Shown here: piece by piece, positions 54,639 through 64,000 of the stretch
How the letters are laid out: every line of letters starts with the position of its first letter
Position numbering within the stretch: the stretch's first letter is position 1
DNA from: Octopus vulgaris
Taxonomy: Eukaryota
Assembly (NCBI GenBank): GCA_951406725.2
Contig: OX597823.1
Span: 90,582,001 to 90,646,000 of the forward strand
Direction of reading: 5' to 3'
DNA length: 64,000 bases
Made by a program: the position numbers and the translations under genes
Notes under the pieces: generated by a model
The model's input: only the letters and a program-made list of their open reading frames with translations
Databases searched by the model: none
What the model was told of the DNA's origin: nothing

Positions 54639-55058
54639 CCTCCTTCTTCCCTTCATTTCTGAGCATCCAATAATACTATATCTGTTCCACGTCCTCGCGT
54701 TGTTGCGTTTTCTCTTTGTGTTTTCATGTTTGGATTAATTTTATATATACATATATGTGTATGTATATGTATATATATACATACATACATATATATACAT
54801 ATACATATATATACATATACATCCATACATATATATACATACATATATACATACATACATACATACATAGACATACATACATACATCTACGACGGGCTTC
54901 TTTCAGTTTCCGTCACAAAGCTTTGGTCGGCCTAAGGCTATAACAGAAAACACTTGCCCAAGATGCCATGCAGTGGGACTGAACCCGAGACCATGTGGCT
55001 GGGAACCAAGCTACTTACCACACAGCCACTCCTGTGCCTACCACCCAACCACTCCTCA

Positions 55059-55189
55059 AACTTTTATAAGGAAAAGTTCGACAGTAACATCGAAGTTACA
55101 GCTTGCTTGCTTTCATTAGACTGCGACAGTCTGATGAAGATAAGAAGTCAAACTTCAAAGTCACTATCAACATTCTCCATGGAAAAGTT
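55059..55189. ncRNA. Fold-back element with back-to-back hammerhead motifs on opposite strands
   Basis: Plus 55125-55168: GACAGU-CUGAUGA-A-GAU(aagaa)GUC-AAAC-UUCAAA-GUC-ACUAUC. Minus 55124-55081: GCAGU-CUAAUGA-AAGC(aagcaa)GCU-GUAAC-UUCGAU-GUU-ACUGU. Confidence 0.6.
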
Positions 55190-55890
55190 CAATAAACATG
55201 TAGTCTACTAAAAGATCTTGAGTAATCCTTCGGTTTAATGCTAAACTGGTGTGTGTGTGTGGGGGGGGGAGGGTCACTATACAAATGGTGATTTTTGGTG
55301 GTGGTGGTCATGTTTGTAGTGGTGACGGTGATGATAGTGTTACTGGTTGTTGCGACTGTAGTGGTAGTGGTGACTGCTGTGGTAGTGGTGGTGGTGACTC
55401 AGATGCTGGCGGTGGGGATTGTAGTGGTCACACTGGTAGTCATGGTGATGGTAGGGATTAAAATGGTGGGGGGGGGATGTGTAGCGTAGAAATGGTGATA
55501 ATTAATGAAGCAGCAATTAGAAATGATGACAATGATGACGATATTGAGAGATAATTTGATGGCGGAGGTAGTGGTGGTGGTGGTGGTGGTGGTGGGGCTG
55601 GTGTGATGTTAAGTAAAATACTAACAGTTGATGATGATGATTATGATGATGGTGATGACAATAGGTGAAATAGTAATAATTTGTATTGGTGTTAGTCATA
55701 GTGGTGGTGGTGGTGGTGGTGGTGTTTGTGGTCATGGAGATGGTAGTAGTAGTGGTAATGGTGATAGTTTAAATGAAGCGCGACATAAGATAGTTTATGA
55801 TGTATTCAACAACAATGGACCGTAAAGAAAAGTAATCGAAGCCGAGAATGTCATGAAACTGGAGAGAGTGGCGTGGGAGGGATGGGGGGA

Positions 55891-55964
<74 letters not shown>

Positions 55965-56036
55965 CACATATATATATATACATACATATATACACATACA
56001 TATATATATATATATACACACATACATATCTATATA

Positions 56037-56082
<46 letters not shown>

Positions 56083-56143
56083 CTGCTCTATAACTTGGCT
56101 TGTGTTTCTTTTTACGGATTCTTGTTTACGGACGATCTCTCTG

Positions 56144-56190
<47 letters not shown>

Positions 56191-56267
56191 AATAGACAGG
56201 TAGATTGATGGATAGATTGATGACTGATCATCAAATATACATATACATATAGTTATCACTCTATCTA

Positions 56268-56321
<54 letters not shown>

Positions 56322-56382
56322 GTATGTATATATATATGTATGTATATATATGTGTGTGTATATATATATACATATAAATGTG

Positions 56383-56413
<31 letters not shown>

Positions 56414-56525
56414 ATATATATATACATGGGTGTGTGTGTGTGTAAAGATATATACATACACACAGGTAGACAGTTTGACATACACACACATGCATACATA
56501 TATATATATGTATGTATGTGTATAT

Positions 56526-56556
<31 letters not shown>

Positions 56557-59489
56557 TATATATACACACACACACAGACTGAGGACGATACACCGCCATA
56601 CACATATTCATGATTTGATGTGGCATATATATACACACACACACATATGCTCACATACATACATACTGTGGATGATACACACACAGACACATAGTCACAC
56701 ACATATATAATACATATGAATTGATGACACACACACACACACACAAATATAAATATAAATATATGTATATTTGATAGCAAAATGGATGGATTAGTAGGTA
56801 GACTGGTGACTCGATGGAGAAGCTTGGTAAACAGATAAGATAGATATTGATTAAAAGATAAATAAACATCCAGATTGAGAGGTTGGTGGTGGTGGTGGGG
56901 TGAAGACAGGAAGAGAATTAAATTTATAGGATCCTCTGTGTGTGTGTGCGTAAGTGAGGGATAGAGTTGGGTGACGAGAGGTAAATCCATACTTCAAGGA
57001 AACATGGTATCCTTGCAGCTAGTATAATCCGAGAATGCTTGGAACAACCCTCGCAGCCTCCCACCCAGCATCATCATCCCATATCCTAGTATTTTCTTAC
57101 TTTTTTTTTTTTTTATGTGATGGTTGGCAGGGATGGAGAGGAGTTTTAGTTTAAAGGCAAGCCTTAGTCACTTCATCAACAACATCACCATCATCATCAT
57201 CATCACCACCACCATGACTAGATTTTTTTTATTTCTATTTTCTCATACATATATAAATGATTTCGTTTCCTTATATGAGACGACACGGCAATGCTGTGAG
57301 CGAGTAAGAGATTTCTCGATTTCTGATTCCTCCCCCCCCCCACCACCACCACCAAACCATTTCCTCCACTTCCCCCTCTTATTCCTCAGTTTCCTTTGCT
57401 CTTTTCTTTTTCCCCCCTCCAAACTTATTCAATCGACTATTGCTCCACCACCCTACCCTCCAACCCCCCTCCACCTTCCAGCCACCCATGCCTTCCCAGA
57501 TAGAACTATACGTTTCTGTCGTTGCAGAGAGGGTGGCAAGTGTGAACGAGTGAGTAGAAACGGTTGTTGTTGTTGCTGATGGTGGTGGTGGTGGTGGTGG
57601 TGGCGAAGACGGAGAAAGGCAAACATTTCTTTGGATGGCACTCATTAATTCGTTCTCGCACGCATTCACTGAATAAGCAATTCAGAAATGTCTTTGAACA
57701 TCAGACTTGGAAGAATTATAGCAGAAAGTAAATTTCGGCTTTTTATTTCCTCCTCTTCACAGGTGCCAGAGTGGCTGTGCGGTAAGAAGTTTGCTTCCCG
57801 ACCGCAAAATTCCATGTTCAGTCCCACTGCATGATACCTTGGACAAGAGCCTTTTACTATAGCCTTGGGCCAACCAAAGACTTGCAAGTGGATCTGGTAA
57901 TTGGAAACTGAAATAAGCCTATTATGTATATGTATATATATATATAGATGCATGTATAGTTTCTCAGTGTCTCTGTGTTTGTCTGCCACCCCTGCCTGAC
58001 AACCAGTGTTGGTGTGTTTATGTCCTCTGTCACTTAGCAGTTCAGCAAAAGAGATCGATATAATAAATTCCAGGCTTAAAAAAAAAAAGATTGGGGTTCA
58101 ATCATTTAACTAAAATTCCTCAAGGTGGTGCTCCAGCTTGGCCACAATCTAATGAATGAAACAAGTATGAAGGTACATAGTCTGGTGATTATGGTATGGT
58201 ACTCATGACTAAGATTGTGACATTGATTCCCAGATCGAGTGACACATTGTGTTCTTGAGCCAAACACTTCATTCCACACTGGCCCAGTCCACTCAGCTGT
58301 AAATAGGTTCCAGCAATAAGTGGGAAACAGATCCTGTGACAGACCAGAGTCCAGTCATTTAGGAGGGTGCATGGCATGGTGGTTAGAGTATTCTTTTCTA
58401 CTCTAGGCACAAGGCCCGAAACTTTGAGGGAAGGGGCCAGTGGATTAGATCGACTCCAATATGCAGCTGGTACTTAATTTATCAACCACAAAAGGATGAA
58501 AGGCAAAGTCGACCTTGGCAGAATTTGAACTCAGAATGTAAAGACAGACAAAATACCTATTTCTTTACTACCCACAAGGGGCTAAACACAAAAAGGACAA
58601 ACAAGGACAGACAAACAGATTAAGTCGATTATATCGACCCAGTGCATAACTGGTACTTATTTAATTGACCCCGAAAGGATGAAAGGTAAAGTCAACCTTG
58701 GCAGAATTTGAACTCAGAAAGTAAAGAGGGACAAAATACCGCTAAGCATTTCACCTGACATGCTAACGTTTCTGCTAGGTCGCAGCCTCTCATAAATTAA
58801 TAATAAAAATCAGTGAAGAGATGATCAAAGAAAACAGGTGTGAATCGATGTTAACTCTGTCTCTTCCCCCCGCCCCCGTTCCCTCTCTACCCTTCGCTTC
58901 TCTTTCTCTGATTTGAGGAATGGAGGTTTGCTGTTTTGTTATTTTTGGTGGCGTTTCAGCATCTTGTATTTCATTTTGGAATTGACCATGTGTGTGTGTG
59001 TGTGTGTGTACACACATGTATGCACTTAGGTATACATATATAAACATAGACATATGTATACACACATACATACACACACATATATATTTATATATGAGTG
59101 CATGTATGTTGACGTATGTGACCATGTGCACAGAAATCTCTTTCTCTCTGTATATATATATATACATATATACACACATATATACACACCTATATACAAA
59201 TCCATTGCACAAACACACACACACACACCTGTCCATATGTAAGGTTACTGATACATGTGTGTGTTTGTGTGTGCGTCTTTGTATGTGTGTGCATGTGTGT
59301 GCATATGTGTATGTGGTGTATGTATTTGCATGTGTGTGCGTGTGTATGCATTTGCATGTGTGCCTATGCGTGTGTGCATGCGTGTACGTGTGTGTGTGTG
59401 TGTGTATGGGTGTGTGCGTGCATGTATGGGTGTGTGTGTGTGTGTACATGTGTGTGTATGGCTGCATGTGTTTATGGGTGTGTGCATGG

Positions 59490-59740
59490 GTGTGTGTGTA
59501 TGTGTGTGTCCATGTGTGCATGTGTGTATGCACGTGTGTTTGTGTGTGTGTCCATGTGTGCATGTGTGTATGCACGTGTGTTTGTGTGTGTGTCCATGTG
59601 TGCATGTGTGTATGCACGTGTGTTTGTGTCCATGTGTGTGTGCACGTGTGTTTGTGTGTGTGTCCATGTGTGCATATGTGTATGCACGTGTGTTTGTGTG
59701 TGTGTCCATGTGTGCACGTGTGTATGCACGTGTGTGTGTG
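59490..59740. repeat. ~40-bp minisatellite within a (GT)n-derived tract
   Basis: Unit GTGTGTCCATGTGTGCATGTGTGTATGCACGTGTGTTTGT repeated about six times with variants. Confidence 0.85.
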
Positions 59741-60647
59741 TGGTTCCATTCTCTCACACTTGGTCATATATTCTTAATGAGTGAATTACAGAGACGTTAT
59801 TGAGATTCACAGCTTGCCATGTGGGAATTCTCTCAACCTGGCACTTATCTGTTTATCAGTTTTTATTTTAGTGCTTTTCATCAAAACACCTTAATTCAAC
59901 ACTGCCCCTTTTCACTTAATTATCAGATAAATATCTACCAGGTTCTTCTGAGAAAATTACCTGCATTCATTCAGCAAAGGAAAGACTGCAATCTGGGAAT
60001 AAAGAATGTTCTTATTATTCCGTGTTTTAACATTTCATATCATAATAACCATTTCTGCTAAGACCTGAAATTTTTTCTTTTATTCTTTTACTTGTTTCAG
60101 TCTTTTGACCGCGGCCATACTGGAGCACTACATTTTGTTGAACAGATTGACCCCAGGACTTATTCTTTGTAAGCCTAGTACTTATTCTATTGGTCTCTTT
60201 TGCTGAAACAAGTTACAGGGACGTACACACGCGAACATTGGTTGTCAAGCAATGGTGGGGGAACAGACACAAACACACACACAGACATACGACAGGCTTC
60301 CTTCAGTTTCCCTCTATCAAATCCACTCATAAGGCTTTGGTCAGCCTGAGGCTATAGTAGAAGACACTTACCCAAGGTGCCACGCAATGGCAATGAACCC
60401 TGAACCATGTGGCTGGGAAGCAAGCTTCTTACCACATGGTCATGCCTACACCTATAATTCTTTTTTTTGTTGTAGGTTTATGTCAATTGCATTGACTCCA
60501 GTACACATCCGAAGGGATGAAAGGCAAAGTCAACCTTGGCATTCTGAGTTCAGTTCCACTGTGTGGCACCTTGGGCAAGTGTCTTCTACTATAGCCTTGG
60601 GCTGGCCTTGTGAGTGGATTTGGTAGATGGAAACTGAAAGAAACCTG

Positions 60648-60702
<55 letters not shown>

Positions 60703-62219
60703 GGCTTCTGTGTGTGTGTGTGTCTGTTGTTCCCCACACCATCGCTTGACAACCGATGTTGGTGTGTTTACGCCCCTGTAACCTAGCAGTTCAGCAAATG
60801 AGACCGATGGAATAAGTACTAGGTTTGAAAAGAATAAGTCCTGGGGTCGATTTGCTCGACTAAAAGCGGTGCTCCAGCATGGCCACAGTCAAATGACTGA
60901 AACAAGTAAAAGCATAAAAGAATAATGACTTAGTTTGGAAATGAATGAGTAAAAAGGCAGACGCTGTGATTCTCCACTGATTGCTCTGCTAAAGGCACCG
61001 AAAGTGCCAGGAGGTGGAATTAGACCAAGTGACAGAAACTGAAAATGGCTCAGGAATTTTGTAATTCCGAAATTTCATAGAAACTAAACTTTGATATTTA
61101 AGAGCAGAAATTGTCTGTGGTAGTTGTTTGTCTAAGATAATGTCACTGGTAAACTGTTTGATTCTTAAGTAAATCCAAAATTAGTTTTGGTAGATCTACC
61201 CTGATCGGATCAAGTTGAAATTCACTCCTGATTCCTATGGTAAATCCAGTGAGGTTTGGCATTCAGAATTATTTCTTTTCAAAGTGATTGATGGAATGGA
61301 AATAATGTTTGTGGTTAGAATCATAATACTTTGAGTCAGTCATGGCGGTTGTTGTAATTCTGTCAAAGACACACACCCCAAATCTCAATTCTCAATCTCT
61401 CTCTCTCTCACACACACACAAACATTTCAGTACATGCATATAGATATGCATATGTACATATACATATGTACACACACATGTGTGTATGCACATACATATA
61501 TATGTGTATCTACCCGTACACATGTACATACAAACACATACATGCATGCATGTATGCATGCATACACATACATGCATGTATATATGCATACACACACATG
61601 TATCAATACATACTGACATGCATGTACATACTCACCTACATACACATGTACGTACATGTATATTACATACACATGTATCAATACGTTTGTATGCCTGTAT
61701 GTATACATACACACACGTCTGTACACATACATGCACATGGATACACTCACACATATAGTGTCTTCAAAATGACTGTCATAACAAGACTATATTTGTATAT
61801 CCATTACAGATATCATACACATAAAATAAAGATATAAAAACCTCATGTACATCATAAGATATCATATACAATATGGAGATTTCTATATAAGTCTTGCAAG
61901 CAACTTGAAAGGCAAAGTCAACCTTGGCAGAATTTGAACTCAGAATGGAAACACAGTAGTTTGCCTGGTGTCTAATGATTCTGCTATCTCACCACCTTCA
62001 TAATGATGATAATAATTTTGGCACAAGGCCAGAAATTTCTGAGAAGGATGTAAGGTGATTACATCAAACCTCAGTGTTCAATCGGTGCTTATTTAATCAA
62101 CCCTGAAAGGATAAATGACTAAGTCAACCTCAGCAGAATTTGAACTCGGAACATAAGGATGCACGAAATGCTGTTAGACATTTTGCCCTGAGTGCTAATG
62201 ATTCTGCCAGCTTGCCAGG

Positions 62220-62717
62220 CACATGCCAAAAAGGGTGACAGAAAATGAGAAAGCAACCATACTATGGGATATGCCAATACACAGAGAGAGAGAAATTAAG
62301 GCCAATAGGCCAGATATAGTTGTCAGAGATCATCAAGAAAAAAATGCTTTCTAATTGATGTATCAATACCAGTAGATGACAATGTGTCTCTAAAAGAAAT
62401 GGAGAAACCTTCAAAATACAAAGACCTGGAAATAGAGGTACCTCGAATGTGGAATCTAAAAACAGAAACAATTTCTATCATAGTAGGTGCATTAGGCATG
62501 ATAAAAAAATATTCAGACAAATACATAACAAAAACACCAGGCCTTACAAACACATATAACATACAGAAAATTGCACTACTAGGTACTGCACAAATCCTAC
62601 GCAGAACACTTTCTATACAGTAACTATAAGAGCATCACAACAAATCATAGTACATACCTAAGGCACACAGAGCTGTGCTCAGTAGTGAAGTGAAAGCACG
62701 CTATAAAAATAAAACTA

Positions 62718-62720
<3 letters not shown>
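62220..62720 (+). mobile_element. 3' end of R4/Dong-like LINE (restriction-like endonuclease domain)
   Basis: ILWDMPI...NRPDIVV...CFLIDVSIP.DDNV..KEMEK.SKYKDL...IIVGALGMI...QKIALLGTAQILRRTL (PD...D...K..KY motif), one frameshift; 3' UTR then (AAT)n. Confidence 0.85.
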
Positions 62721-62769
<49 letters not shown>

Positions 62770-64000
62770 TGAACTTCCAACTTGTTGTCTCTTGAGGTCT
62801 CTGGGTGAGACTTGGAGCCAGCTTGTGCAAATGTAAAGCAAAAGTCAAACATAGAATAATAATCATCATCATCATCATCATCGTTTAGCGTCTGCTTTCC
62901 ATGCTGGCATGGGTTGGACGGTGCAATTGGGGTCTGGGAAGCCAGAAGGCTGCACCAGGCCCAGTCTGATCTGGCAATAATAATAACGATAATCCTTTCT
63001 ATTATGGGCACAGGACCTGAAATTTTGGGGAAGAAGATAAGTCGATAACATTGAAGCCCAGTGTGTAATTGGTACATATTTCATTCCCCCCCCCACACAC
63101 ACACTCTACAAAAAAAAAAAATGAAAGGCTGAGTCAACCTCAGCAGAATTTAAACTTGGAGCATAAAGATGTATGAAATACTGCTAAGCATTTTGCAAGG
63201 CTTGCTAATGGTTCTGCCAGCTTGCTGCCTTAATAATAATAATAATAATCCTTTTTACTATAGGCACAAGGCCTGAAATTTTGGGGAGGGGACTAGTTGA
63301 TTACATTCATCCCAGTGTTTCACTGATACTTATTTTATCGACCCCGAAAAGACAAGAGGCAAAGTTTACCTCGATGGAATTTGAACCCACAACATAGTAA
63401 CAGGCAAAATACCGCTATGCATTTCATCCAGTGCTTGAACAATTCTCCTAGCTCACCACTTTACTACTACTACTACTACTTCTACTACTACTAATAATAA
63501 TAATAGTGATGATGATGATGATAACAACAACAATATTACAGTACATGAACACTAGATAATACTGAATTTATGTAAGACCAGAAGACATCATTAAGATTCC
63601 TACATAAACGAAAAATATACAAGTGGATACAAAGAATCTCCTTTATTCCTCTCAGATTCCTTCCAAAATAGAAACGGGTCATGTTTATGTTTTAAAAAAT
63701 AACAAAACAAACCCTACATAACTAAAGAAAAGATAAAATAAACACAAATTTTTAAACAGTTGTTCATTGACCATTTCACAATCCCAGTTCTGTATGGATG
63801 CACAATATGGTACCCAAGAAAGTGGCATGGGTTAAATAAATATTATTTCTTTCATGAAAGCTTGTCTTATGATGTAAGCTTCCATCACACGTTATTGAGA
63901 CAGGGGCCAGTGGTAGTGGTGGTGGTGGTGGTGGTGGCGGTGGTGGTAGTGGTGGTGGTGGTGGTGATGGTGATAAGGTAAAAGTCAAACATTGTTTAAC

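Noticed and set aside
1150-61837. Numerous ORFs rich in YI, HT, CV, poly-I or poly-N
   Set aside because: Translations of (TA)n, (CA)n and (AAT)n microsatellites that lack stop codons; no coding signal.

Overview
AT-rich, microsatellite-saturated animal genomic DNA. The repeat families (tRNA-derived SINEs, RTE-tail SINEs ending in (GAT)n, (TA)n/(CA)n/(AAT)n tracts) resemble those of Octopus; the organism is my inference. I recognise no host protein-coding exon, so the window looks intronic or intergenic, and nearly all ORF-track entries are microsatellite artefacts. Main features: (1) a full-length 2857-bp SPIN/Charlie-like hAT transposon with an uninterrupted transposase ORF, 16-bp TIRs and an 8-bp TSD, inside a TTAGGG-containing minisatellite; (2) a 5'-truncated RTE-type LINE whose RT carries an inserted C4HC3 PHD finger and whose 3' UTR is amplified into six tandem copies; (3) decayed Tc1 (DD34E-type), maT (DD37D) and mariner elements, MITEs and a Helitron-like element; (4) three R4/Dong-like restriction-endonuclease LINE ends in (AAT)n; (5) a Penelope GIY-YIG fragment absent from the ORF track, plus about a dozen mostly degenerate minimal type I hammerhead ribozyme motifs from several families. 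The most unusual items are two copies of a fold-back element with a hammerhead on each strand, and a hammerhead-bearing element with a tRNA-like head.
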